The notes under the pieces: generated by a model
Told to the model about the DNA's origin: nothing
The model's input: only the letters and a program-made list of their open reading frames with translations
Databases searched by the model: none
In this document: in pieces, positions 50,594-59,672 of the stretch
Numbering within the stretch: the first letter of the stretch is position 1
Layout: each line of letters begins with the position of its first letter
Translations under genes and position numbers: made by a program
Source: an uncultured Gemmatimonadaceae bacterium
GTDB taxonomy: Bacteria; Gemmatimonadota; Gemmatimonadetes; Gemmatimonadales; GWC2-71-9
Assembly (NCBI GenBank): GCA_964487785.1
Contig: CAZASU010000004.1
Location: 1,623 to 61,294, forward strand
DNA: 59,672 bases
Direction of reading: 5' to 3'

Positions 50594-52104
50594 CTGTTCA
50601 CGTTTTCTCTCGCAACCGGCAGGCCAGTCTGCGTCAGGGTAGACGCGCTGCGCCCCGCTACATCGAGCGCGCCGGCGGGCCAGACTCCGAACAGCAGCAC
50701 CGCGATTACCGAGGCCGCGATGACCCCCGCGGCTGCCGGCCAGAGCCGGACGTCGCCGTGGGATTCGTCGCTGACCGCAGGCTTCATGTACATCGCCATG
50801 ATGACGGGCAGATAGTATCCTGCGGAGATGACGCTGGTGAGCACCAGCACGACCGCGAGGGCCACCTGGCCTTCGGCGACGACAGCCTGGAGGATGTACC
50901 ACTTGCCGATGAATCCGAATGTTCCAGGAAAGCCGAGCAGCGAAAGCATACATACGAGCAGGCCCAGCGCCATCCAGGGACGCCTGCCCGCCAGCCCGGC
51001 GATGTCATCGTAGGTCACGTCCCGCTCGCCCCCGCGGCCCAGCGCCGCGAGGAAACCAAAGCTGGCAAGAGTCGTGAGAACGTAAGCGGCGAGATACAGC
51101 AGCACCGCGCCGGCTCCCATCCGGCTTCCCGGCCACACCGCCACCAGCAGATAGCCCGCGTGGGCAATGGAGCTGTATGCCAGCATGCGCTTCAGGGTCC
51201 GCTGCGCCAGGGCCACCAGGTTGCCCACCACCATCGAAGCGACCGCCAGCCAGAAGATGACCGGTTGCCACACCGCCTCGGCCGAGGGGAAAGACTCGAC
51301 CAGCACGCGTACCAGGGCGACAAAGGCGGCCGCCTTTACTCCGGTAGCCATGAAGCCTGTGACCGGGGTCGGGGCGCCGTCGTACACATCGGGAGCCCAC
51401 ATATGAAACGGTACCGCCGCCACCTTGAAGCCAAGACCGATCAGCAGCAGCCCGAGTCCGAGTGCCGCCATCAGCGAGAGGTCTCCGCCGGCGAGCTGGG
51501 CACCGATCAGCGAAAGGTTGGTGGTGCCGGTAGCCCCATAGATCAGGGCGATACCATAGAGCAGGAATCCCGACGCAAACGCGCCAATGAGGAAGTACTT
51601 CAGTGCCGCCTCGGCCGAGGATGGGTTGGCCCGGTTGTAGCCCGCCAGCACGTAGACCGCCACCGACATGACCTCGAGCCCGAGGAACAGGACAATGAGG
51701 TCCTCGGCGCCGCACAGGAACATCATGCCGGAGGTAGCCAGAAGGATGAGCGGGTAGTACTCCGGGGCCAGCAGCCGCTCCCGCTCCAGATAGCCGAGGG
51801 AAAGCAGGATGGTGGCCGCGGCGGACAGGAGAACCAGCGCCAGCCCCGCGTAGCGAAACGGATCCAGCGCGATCATCTGGGCCAGGCCGAGTGGGCCGAC
51901 ATCATTGACCCAGAGCCACCCGAGGCCCGCACCGCTGAGCACCACGCCGGCGAAGCTGAGCCATCCGGCCAGTCGGCTGTCCGCGGGGGTCCCGTGCCGC
52001 CAGCTCGCCACCAGCAGCACTACCAGCGACCAGCCGGTGAGCAGGATCTCCGGCAGCAGCCCCAGAGCTATGCCCTCGGGCGTGGTCATGTCGAGCTGGT
52101 TCAT
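50590..52104 (-). CDS. nuoN: NADH-quinone oxidoreductase subunit N
   Basis: EAALKYF, FKVAAVPFHMWAPDVY.GAPTP and KRMLAYSSIAHAGY motifs. Confidence 0.96.
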   Translation of the reverse strand: MNQLDMTTPEGIALGLLPEILLTGWSLVVLLVASWRHGTPADSRLAGWLSFAGVVLSGAGLGWLWVNDVGPLGLAQMIALDPFRYAGLALVLLSAAATILLSLGYLERERLLAPEYYPLILLATSGMMFLCGAEDLIVLFLGLEVMSVAVYVLAGYNRANPSSAEAALKYFLIGAFASGFLLYGIALIYGATGTTNLSLIGAQLAGGDLSLMAALGLGLLLIGLGFKVAAVPFHMWAPDVYDGAPTPVTGFMATGVKAAAFVALVRVLVESFPSAEAVWQPVIFWLAVASMVVGNLVALAQRTLKRMLAYSSIAHAGYLLVAVWPGSRMGAGAVLLYLAAYVLTTLASFGFLAALGRGGERDVTYDDIAGLAGRRPWMALGLLVCMLSLLGFPGTFGFIGKWYILQAVVAEGQVALAVVLVLTSVISAGYYLPVIMAMYMKPAVSDESHGDVRLWPAAAGVIAASVIAVLLFGVWPAGALDVAGRSASTLTQTGLPVARENVNR

Positions 52105-53669
52105 GGCCTGCCCCCCCCTGGCACCGGTGTGGCGCCGAGCCGGGCGGCAGTCGAGGCGGCGTGGGGCTGAACCGTATCCACATAGCGCTGCGTGGCCGGC
52201 TCCATCCGCCGGAGCACCGGTCCCGGAAAGAGTCCGAGCCAGACGATGCCGACGAGAAGCGGCAGCAACACGGCCAGCTCCCGCCGGGTCAGGTCCTTGA
52301 GGCCTTCGTTCTCGGGGTTATCGAGTCGGTTGAAGATCATGCGCTGAAGCGCCCACAGCATGTAGGCCGCGGCGAAGATCACGCCGGTAGTGGCGATACC
52401 AGTTGCCCAGGGGTACGGCCCAAAGCTCCCCAGCAGCACCAGAAATTCGCCCACGAACCCGTTGAGCCCAGGCAGCCCGATGGACGAAAGGGCCACCACG
52501 GTCAGCACCAGGCTGAAGATGGGGACGACCCGGGCGATCCCGCCGTATGCGGCGATCATGCGGGTGTGTCGCCGCTCGTAGATCATGCCGATGAGGAGGA
52601 AGAGAGCACCGGTCGATATCCCATGGCTGATCATCACCATCAGCGCACCCTGCACGCTGATCACGGTGGCTCCCCAGATGCCCAGCATGACAAAGCCCAG
52701 GTGGCTGACCGACGAGTACGCCACCAGCTTCTTGATGTCGGGCTGAACCATCGCCACCAGGGCCCCGTAGATGATGCCGATCACCGCCAGCACGACCATC
52801 AGCCGGCTCACCGCCGGCGAGAAGGCCACCTCCGGGAAGAACGGCACCGCGAATCGGAGGAAGCCATAGGTGCCGATCTTGAGCATGACGGCCGCCAGGA
52901 GTACGCTGCCGGCCGTGGGGGCCTCGACGTGCGCGTCGGGAAGCCAGGTGTGCAGCGGGAAGATCGGGACCTTGATGGCGAACGCGAGCGCAAAGGCGGC
53001 GAAGAGCCAGGGCGCCGCCGGACCCAGGCTACCGGCGTTCTCCAGCAGATGCTCATAGGCGAACGACAGGGTGCCGGTGGTCGCCGCGATCTTCCACGCC
53101 ATGACCACAATGGCCACCAGCATGAGGAGCGAGCCGGCCATGGTGTAGATAAAAAACTTGATGGCGGCGTAGAGCCGGTTAGCGCCACCCCAGATCCCGA
53201 TGATGAAATACATCGGGATCAGCATCACCTCGAAGAAGACGTAGAAGACGAACAGGTCCAGCGCGAGGAAGACCCCGATGAGCCCGGTAAGCAGGGTGAG
53301 CATCAAGGCGTAGAACGCGCGCTGTTTCCGCTCGATCTGCGTCCAACTCGCCAGCACGCTCAGGGGCATGATCGCTGTGGTCAACAGGACCATGAAGAGC
53401 GAGATGCCGTCGATGCCTACCCGGTAGCTGATCCCCCAGCGGGGGATCCAGGGCGCGCTCGAGACGAACTGCATGCCGCCATTGGTGGCGTCGAACGCCC
53501 ACCAGAGCCCGGCTGAGAGCAGGAATTCGAGGGTGGTGACCGCGAGCGCCATGCGTTTGGCACTGCGCTCGTCACCCAGGAGGACCGGCACCGCGCCGGC
53601 TAGCGGGAGCAGCACCAGAGCGTGGAGTATCCACTGGCTGTAATGGATCGAGGTGAGGAAGTCGGTCAT
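52101..53669 (-). CDS. nuoM: NADH-quinone oxidoreductase subunit M
   Basis: GIDGIS, KVPIFPLHTWLPDAHVEAPT, KKLVAYSSVSH and GFVGEF motifs. Confidence 0.96.
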   Translation of the reverse strand: MTDFLTSIHYSQWILHALVLLPLAGAVPVLLGDERSAKRMALAVTTLEFLLSAGLWWAFDATNGGMQFVSSAPWIPRWGISYRVGIDGISLFMVLLTTAIMPLSVLASWTQIERKQRAFYALMLTLLTGLIGVFLALDLFVFYVFFEVMLIPMYFIIGIWGGANRLYAAIKFFIYTMAGSLLMLVAIVVMAWKIAATTGTLSFAYEHLLENAGSLGPAAPWLFAAFALAFAIKVPIFPLHTWLPDAHVEAPTAGSVLLAAVMLKIGTYGFLRFAVPFFPEVAFSPAVSRLMVVLAVIGIIYGALVAMVQPDIKKLVAYSSVSHLGFVMLGIWGATVISVQGALMVMISHGISTGALFLLIGMIYERRHTRMIAAYGGIARVVPIFSLVLTVVALSSIGLPGLNGFVGEFLVLLGSFGPYPWATGIATTGVIFAAAYMLWALQRMIFNRLDNPENEGLKDLTRRELAVLLPLLVGIVWLGLFPGPVLRRMEPATQRYVDTVQPHAASTAARLGATPVPGGGRP

Positions 53670-53676
53670 CGGACGC

Positions 53677-55647
53677 TCACCGGGCCATGGCGTGAAGGAT
53701 CCACAGGGCGCCCACCAGGAAGAGCACCACGTAGATGCCCACCTGCCCGGTCTGGAGCCGGCTTCCCAGCCACCCCAATCCCCGGGAGAGCTTGGCGCTC
53801 CCGTTCACTGCCGCGCCATCCACCACGCCCTGATCGACCCCCTTCCAGAGCACAATCCGGGAAAGCCATACCAGCGGCCGAACCAGAACGGCATCGTAGA
53901 GCTCGTCCACGTAGTACTTGCGATTGAGCACCCGGGCAAGCCCGGTATCCTCCGGTGCCTCCGCGGCGGTTGGAGTCCGCCGCCTCGACGTGGCCCAGTA
54001 TCCCGCATACAGGCCAAGAAGCCCAACCAGCACGGCGCCGCCGACCAGGAAGAGTTCGGTCTGACCGTGAGGCATCTCCAGCCCGAAGAACCTGGCTGCG
54101 GGCTCGGTGACCGGCTTGAGCCAGTGCTCCAGCAGCGCCCCTCCCCCGAAGAATGGCGGCAGGTTGATGAATCCGCCGATGACGCTCAAGACGCCAAGGA
54201 CGATGAGGGGACCGGTCATGACCAGGGGCGCATCGTGAAGATGGGACCGCTCCTGCTCACCGGTGCGGTTCGGGCCCAGAAACGTCATGGTGATGAGCCG
54301 GGCCATGTAGAACGCGGTGAGCAACGCAGCCACGACGCCCATGGCATAGAACAGGTAGTAGATCGGGTGGTCACCGGCCCGGGCGAAGGCGGCGGCGAGG
54401 ATCTCGTCCTTGGAGAAGAACCCGGAGAACGGTGGAACACCGGCGATGGCCAGAGTGGCGAGCAGCATGAGCCAGAACGTGACCGGCATGTATTCCCTGA
54501 GGCCGCCCATGTTGCGCATGTCCTGGGCGTCGGCATGCGCGTGCGTGGCGTGATAGGCGTGGTGCATGGCGTGGATCACGCTGCCGGCACCAAGGAAGAG
54601 CAGCGCCTTGAAGAAGGCGTGGGTAACCAGGTGAAAAACGCCGGACGCATAGGCGCCGGTGCCCACGGCAATGAACATGTAGCCCAGCTGGGACACCGTG
54701 GAGTAGGCCAGCACCTTCTTGATGTCGTACTGGCGCAACGCGATCGTGGCGGCGAACAGGGCGGTCAGAGCGCCGATGCCGGCCACGACGGTGCTTGAAA
54801 GTGGCGCCAGCGCGAACAGCACGTTGGTGCGCGCCACGAGGTACACACCGGCGGTGACCATGGTGGCCGCGTGGATCAGGGCCGAAACCGGCGTGGGACC
54901 TGCCATCGCATCGGGCAGCCAGGTGTAGAGCGGGATCTGAGCCGACTTGCCGGTACAACCGAGGAACAGGAAGAGGGTGATGGCGGTGACGACCCCGGTG
55001 CCGGAGGAGAACACCGCCGGAGCCCGCTCCACCATGCCGCTGAAGGTCAGCGTGCCCAGGTGATGCCAGATCAGGAACATGGCGATCATGACCCCGAAGT
55101 CGCCGATCCGATTGACAATAAAGGCCTTCTTGCCGGCGTCGGCGTTCACCTTGTCGCTGAACCAGAAGCCGATCAGCAGGTAGGAGCAGAGCCCCACCCC
55201 TTCCCAGCCGATGAACATGACCGGGAAGCTGGATCCGAGCACCAGCACCAGCATGAACACCACGAAGAGGTTCAGGTACGAGAAGTAGCGCGCGTACCCC
55301 GGGTCCGCCTTCATGTAGCCGACGCTGAACAGGTGAATGAGGCTGCCTACACCGGTGATCACGAGGAGCATCACCGCGGAGAGCTGGTCTACCTGAAACG
55401 CAAAGTCGAGCTGGAGCGGGCCCACCGGCAGCCAGCGCCACAGGCGGACGATGATCGGCGCAGGGGGCGGCCTGAGCAACAGCTCGATAAACACACTCAA
55501 GGCCATGGCGAAGGCACCCAGCACGGTGCCAACCCCGACCACCGAGACCAGATCCTTGGCCCCCGGCCGCCGGAGCGCCAGCGCTCCATTCACCAGGAAC
55601 CCGGCCAGGGGCAGGGCGACGGTCAGCCAGACCCAGTGAGAGATCAT
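53677..55647 (-). CDS. nuoL: NADH-quinone oxidoreductase subunit L
   Basis: GWEGVGLCSY, GKSAQIPLYTWLPDAMAGPTPVSALIHAATM and THAFFKALLF motifs. Confidence 0.97.
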   Translation of the reverse strand: MISHWVWLTVALPLAGFLVNGALALRRPGAKDLVSVVGVGTVLGAFAMALSVFIELLLRPPPAPIIVRLWRWLPVGPLQLDFAFQVDQLSAVMLLVITGVGSLIHLFSVGYMKADPGYARYFSYLNLFVVFMLVLVLGSSFPVMFIGWEGVGLCSYLLIGFWFSDKVNADAGKKAFIVNRIGDFGVMIAMFLIWHHLGTLTFSGMVERAPAVFSSGTGVVTAITLFLFLGCTGKSAQIPLYTWLPDAMAGPTPVSALIHAATMVTAGVYLVARTNVLFALAPLSSTVVAGIGALTALFAATIALRQYDIKKVLAYSTVSQLGYMFIAVGTGAYASGVFHLVTHAFFKALLFLGAGSVIHAMHHAYHATHAHADAQDMRNMGGLREYMPVTFWLMLLATLAIAGVPPFSGFFSKDEILAAAFARAGDHPIYYLFYAMGVVAALLTAFYMARLITMTFLGPNRTGEQERSHLHDAPLVMTGPLIVLGVLSVIGGFINLPPFFGGGALLEHWLKPVTEPAARFFGLEMPHGQTELFLVGGAVLVGLLGLYAGYWATSRRRTPTAAEAPEDTGLARVLNRKYYVDELYDAVLVRPLVWLSRIVLWKGVDQGVVDGAAVNGSAKLSRGLGWLGSRLQTGQVGIYVVLFLVGALWILHAMAR

Positions 55648-55649
55648 TG

Positions 55650-55946
55650 TCAGCCGCGCAGCAGGTTGATGTTTCCAAGATCGACCGACTGCTTGTGGCG
55701 GAAGATCCCGATGATGATCGCCAGGCCCACCGCCGCCTCAGCGGCCGCCACGGTCATCACGAAGAAGACCATGACGTAGCCGCTGGCCCCGTGGAGCTGT
55801 GCCAGCGCCACGAAGGTCAGGTTGACGGCGTTGAGCATCAGCTCGATGCACATGAACAGCACGATGGCGTTCCGGCGAAGGAGCACACCGGCCACACCAA
55901 GGCTGAAGAGGATGGCCGAGAGTGCCAGAGAAGGACCGAGCAGCAT
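55650..55946 (-). CDS. nuoK: NADH-quinone oxidoreductase subunit K
   Basis: [17 protein letters not shown] and [10 protein letters not shown] motifs. Confidence 0.96.
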   Translation of the reverse strand: MLLGPSLALSAILFSLGVAGVLLRRNAIVLFMCIELMLNAVNLTFVALAQLHGASGYVMVFFVMTVAAAEAAVGLAIIIGIFRHKQSVDLGNINLLRG

Positions 55947-56503
55947 CAGACGTTCCGCTTGGCGAGGACGACAGCGCCCACGATGGCGGCCAGCAGCAGG
56001 ATCGAGGTGATCTCGAACGGGATCAGGTAGACCTGGAAGAGCGGAGCCGCCACCGCCATGACCACGCCGTGCGCAGCACCCTCCTGCTGGGTGATCTGCC
56101 CCGCCATGAACGCCGTCGCGGGATCGGTGTAGGTGGGCCACTGGGAGAGCTCGCTGGCCAGCCGGCGGGGGGAATAGTGGAAGAGGGCGAGCAGCTCGAT
56201 CGACAGGAGCCCGGCGATCACGAGCGTGGCCGCCACGGAGGACGGGCCCCTGAAGTCCGACTCGACGTGTCCCAGGTTCAGCAGCATGATGACAAAGAGG
56301 AAGAGCACCATGATCGCGCCGGCGTACACCAGCACCTGGATGGCCGCGATGAATTGGGCGTTGAGCAGCACATAGATCGCCGCCAGGGAGAACATGGTCG
56401 AGACCAGCCAGAGGGCCGACGCCATGGGGCTCTTCTGGAGGATGCAGAGCGTGGCGGACAGGACCGCGGCGGCCGCGAAGATATAAAAGACCACTTCGGT
56501 CAT
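55946..56503 (-). CDS. nuoJ: NADH-quinone oxidoreductase subunit J
   Basis: [20 protein letters not shown] and [17 protein letters not shown] motifs. Confidence 0.96.
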   Translation of the reverse strand: MTEVVFYIFAAAAVLSATLCILQKSPMASALWLVSTMFSLAAIYVLLNAQFIAAIQVLVYAGAIMVLFLFVIMLLNLGHVESDFRGPSSVAATLVIAGLLSIELLALFHYSPRRLASELSQWPTYTDPATAFMAGQITQQEGAAHGVVMAVAAPLFQVYLIPFEITSILLLAAIVGAVVLAKRNV

Positions 56504-57028
56504 CTACTCACCCTTGGGATCGGTGGGGTCCCAGAGCGTCGACACGGCGTGGGTCTGCGACGAGAGACGCTCCAGGTCGTAGACGAACCGGTCCCGGCTG
56601 TACTCCGCATTCTCGTAGTGCACGCCGACGTGGATAGCCTCTTCGGGGCAAACCTCCTGGCAGTACCCGCAGAACACGCAGCGGAACTCATCGATCTCGT
56701 AGATCAGCGGGTAGCGGTCGCCGTGCTCGTCCTCGCCCGGCACCAGCTTGATGCAATTGGCCGGGCAGATCTGGGGACACAGCCCGCAGGCCACGCACTT
56801 CGTCCGGCCCTGCTCGTCGGTGAGCATCCGGTGGGTGCCCCTCCACCGCTGGGAGATGCTCCACTGCCCCATCCCGTGCCCACTGTCGGTGCTCTTTTCC
56901 TCGGGGTACTGCATGGTCACCTTCTTCTCGAACATGTGCTTGAAGGTGAGTGCCATCCCCTTGAGCGTGGCGCGCACGTAGCTCACCTGGCGCTCGGGAC
57001 GCTTCATGACCTTGACGCCGATAGCCAT
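56504..57028 (-). CDS. nuoI: NADH-quinone oxidoreductase subunit I
   Basis: QYPEE and two 4Fe-4S motifs, [12 protein letters not shown] and [12 protein letters not shown]. Confidence 0.96.
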   Translation of the reverse strand: MAIGVKVMKRPERQVSYVRATLKGMALTFKHMFEKKVTMQYPEEKSTDSGHGMGQWSISQRWRGTHRMLTDEQGRTKCVACGLCPQICPANCIKLVPGEDEHGDRYPLIYEIDEFRCVFCGYCQEVCPEEAIHVGVHYENAEYSRDRFVYDLERLSSQTHAVSTLWDPTDPKGE

Positions 57029-58272
57029 CAGTTCCTCACCGTGGCGCGTTGCGCGCGGGCATTGAGAGTGTGGCGCTGGCGAGCGGAGCCCCGGATGAAG
57101 GTCCCGCTGTCGAGCAGCCCGAAGACCAGCACCGCCACCACCAGGCTGAGACCGAACAGCGCGAGCCCCTCATGAATCGGATCGGTGATACCGAGAACCC
57201 GGCGGATCACATAGATGGCCACACAGACCACCATGATGTAGGCCAGCGCCAGCGGCATGAGCACCTTCCAGCCCAGGGCCATGAGCTGGTCGTAGCGGAA
57301 GCGCGGCAGGGTCCAGCGGATCCACATCACGAAGAAGATCCAGAACATCACCTTGAGGAAGAAGACGCCCGCGGTGGCGATGCTCTGCAGAACCCCGCCG
57401 GCTTCGTCCCAGTGGGTAAACGGAATGTCCCAGCCGCCGAAGAAGAGCGTGGTGACCATGGCGCAGACCGTCACGACGTTGGAGTACTCGGCGATGAAGA
57501 AGAAGGAGAACTTCATCGCGCTGTACTCGGTGTGATAGCCGGCGATTAGCTCCGACTCGGCCTCGGGCATGTCGAACGGCAGCCGGTTGGTCTCGGCAAA
57601 GCCCGAGATGAGGAAGATGAAAAAGGAGAGGAAGAGGGGCAGCACATACCAGAGCCCGGCTTGCTGGTCCTGCACGATGGCCGAAAGGCTCACACTGCCC
57701 GACAGGAGCAGCACCGGGATCAGGCTCAGCCCCATGGCCACCTCGTAGGAGACCATCTGGGCACTGGCCCGCAGGCCACCGAGCAAGGCGTACTTGCTGT
57801 TTGATGACCAGCCCGCCAGCGCGATCCCGTACACTCCCATCGAGCTGATGGCCAGGACGAAGAGGAATCCGATCGGCAGGTCGGCCACGACCATCGGCAT
57901 GGGGCCGTGATGCACGAACCGTCCGAGGGGACCGAGAGTGAAGTCGAAGTCCACCGGGAGTGGAGCGCCGAATGGAATCACCGCGAACAGCAGGAGCGCG
58001 GGAATGAACGACATTGCCGGCGCCAGCAGGAAGAGCCATCGGTTTGCCAGTGCCGGGAAGGTCTCTTCCTTGAGAATGTTCTTGAGCCCGTCGGCGGCGG
58101 GCTGAAGCAGGCCGGCGGGACCGACCCGGTTGGGGCCGCGCCGGTTCTGCATCCAGGCGCTCACCTTACGCTCCATCAGGGTCAGCAGCGCCACCCCCAC
58201 CAGGGTCACCGTAAACACCACCAGCATCTTGATGACGCTGAGGAGCAGAAACCCCCTCATCTCGGGCGTCAC
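57028..58272 (-). CDS. nuoH: NADH-quinone oxidoreductase subunit H
   Basis: ERKV..WMQ.R.GPNRVGP, GGLRASAQMVSYE, ETNRLPFD.PEAESEL and PRFRYDQL motifs. Confidence 0.96.
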   Translation of the reverse strand: MTPEMRGFLLLSVIKMLVVFTVTLVGVALLTLMERKVSAWMQNRRGPNRVGPAGLLQPAADGLKNILKEETFPALANRWLFLLAPAMSFIPALLLFAVIPFGAPLPVDFDFTLGPLGRFVHHGPMPMVVADLPIGFLFVLAISSMGVYGIALAGWSSNSKYALLGGLRASAQMVSYEVAMGLSLIPVLLLSGSVSLSAIVQDQQAGLWYVLPLFLSFFIFLISGFAETNRLPFDMPEAESELIAGYHTEYSAMKFSFFFIAEYSNVVTVCAMVTTLFFGGWDIPFTHWDEAGGVLQSIATAGVFFLKVMFWIFFVMWIRWTLPRFRYDQLMALGWKVLMPLALAYIMVVCVAIYVIRRVLGITDPIHEGLALFGLSLVVAVLVFGLLDSGTFIRGSARQRHTLNARAQRATVRN

Positions 58273-59672
58273 GACACCCCCGCCCGCGAGGCCTGCCTGC
58301 CACCGGTGGCGCCAGCCGAATCGGAGAGCACGCGTCCCGTGAACCCGATGTCGTCGTAGGTAGTCCCCGCGAACACCGGCCAGCGCTCGCCCAGGAGCTC
58401 GAAGGCCTGAGCGGCGGTTGCTGGAGCGGAAGCGCTGGGTCCCGGGCCGGCAATGACCTCGCCGGCAACCCACCAGGCCGGACGTGCCATGCCCGGCTGC
58501 GACTTGGCCTGATTGTAGCGCTGGATCCGGCGATCGCGATTCACGTAGGTGCCGTTCTCCTCCGCCATGGTCGTGATCGGAAGGACCAGCTCGGCGTTTC
58601 GCAGGCCGTCGGGGAAAATGGTCCCTAGGACGACCACGCTGGCCGGGGCCTGGGCGATAAGGGCCAGATCGGGCGGAGACAGGTCGGCATCCAGCACGAT
58701 CACCAACCCCGCGCTGGCCAGCTCCAGCAGGCCGGTAGGCCAATCGGAGCCGTATCCGACCAGCTCGGCGCCGATCAGATTGGGGGCACGCTCGGCCCGG
58801 AGCGCCAGGTTGGGTATGCCAGCCAGCGGAGCCTCCTCACCGATCGGGACCTGCACCACGGCGGTCACGCTGAGCCGGTCGAGCATCCGCCGGATGAGCC
58901 CGAGCGATTCGGTGGACGCCACGCCGGAAGCAAGAATCACGGCCGAGCCCGAGGTGCCGCGGATCAACTGCCCCAACCGGTCGAGAGCCGTGTCCCAATC
59001 GGTGGCGACATGCCGACCGCCATCCCGGACCAGCGGCGCCTCGATCCGGTCGCCCCGATTGAGCCAGCGATAGTTCATCCGGCCGTAGTCGCACATGAAG
59101 TGGCGATTCACTTCCAGGTTCGGGCGGGGACGAAGCCGCACGACGATGTCATCCCGGGTGTCCATGGTGATGTTGCAGCCCTGGGTGCAGCCGGGGCACA
59201 CGCTCGCCGTCTTGTCGAGATCCCAGGCTCGCGCCTTGTGAAGAAAATCCTTGGAGATCAGCGATCCCACCGGGCAGAGGTCCACCACGTTGCCGGCCCA
59301 GGGATGGTCGAGCAGCTGCTCGGTCGAGATCCCGATGTAGGCTCGGTCGCCCCGCTCCGAGACGTTCAGGATGGGGTCCTCGGCCACGTCCTCCATGAAG
59401 CGCACGCAACGGGTGCACAAGATGCAGCGGTTGGGCACGTAGAGGACGTCGGGACCGAAGTCTTCCACCGGGCTATACCGCTTGGCGTAGTCGGCGTAGC
59501 GGGTGCCGGACCGGCCCTCCTGAAACACGTAGTCCTGCAGCTCGCACTCGCCGGCCTGGTCACAAATGGGGCAGTCGAGCGGGTGGTTGATGAGCAAGAG
59601 CTCCAGGACACCCTCGCGCGCCTTCTTGGCCTTTTCGCTCTCGACGTGGACCACCTGTCCTTCGGCCACAGC
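58269..59672 (-). CDS. nuoG: NADH-quinone oxidoreductase subunit G, N-terminus outside window
   Basis: HPLDCPICDQAGECELQD, CILCTRCVRF, DLCPVGSL and CPGCTQGC...CDYGR motifs. Confidence 0.94.
   Translation of the reverse strand, partial: AVAEGQVVHVESEKAKKAREGVLELLLINHPLDCPICDQAGECELQDYVFQEGRSGTRYADYAKRYSPVEDFGPDVLYVPNRCILCTRCVRFMEDVAEDPILNVSERGDRAYIGISTEQLLDHPWAGNVVDLCPVGSLISKDFLHKARAWDLDKTASVCPGCTQGCNITMDTRDDIVVRLRPRPNLEVNRHFMCDYGRMNYRWLNRGDRIEAPLVRDGGRHVATDWDTALDRLGQLIRGTSGSAVILASGVASTESLGLIRRMLDRLSVTAVVQVPIGEEAPLAGIPNLALRAERAPNLIGAELVGYGSDWPTGLLELASAGLVIVLDADLSPPDLALIAQAPASVVVLGTIFPDGLRNAELVLPITTMAEENGTYVNRDRRIQRYNQAKSQPGMARPAWWVAGEVIAGPGPSASAPATAAQAFELLGERWPVFAGTTYDDIGFTGRVLSDSAGATGGRQASRAGVS

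Overview
GC-rich bacterial chromosome segment; gene content and order best fit Gemmatimonadota (inference). Genes run on + up to about 6.8 kb (der, plsY, gpsA, MerR-type regulator, surE, pcm, dedA, acylphosphatase, apt, tRNA-Arg, TPR protein). After that they run almost entirely on - (nuoG-N, PMM/PGM, UPF0182, carbamate kinase, sucCD, ndk, yceD-rpmF-plsX-fab cluster, futalosine genes mqnEAC, ispF, xerD, kdsB-pyrG-kdsACD-lptC/A/B-rpoN, a glycosylation cluster, dapF). The two blocks converge on a clear dif site (6874-6901), so this is probably the replication terminus. Unexpectedly, dif abuts a DnaA-box-like/IHF-like array. The most unusual signal is a family of short palindromic elements built from tandem 8- or 9-mers. 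Three copies of about 105-108 bp share (CAGCGGGG)n arms, a fixed 37-nt core and a conserved AACAGCAYAC motif; they sit at gene junctions and are read in-frame into LptC, the LptA-like protein and the MerR protein. A related 9-mer palindrome lies inside rpoN. A frameshifted GxxExxY nuclease-family gene next to xerD is bracketed by about 38-bp inverted 9-mer repeats. Together these suggest a possibly undescribed repeat-bounded mobile or insertion system. All calls were made by eye; no database searches were run.
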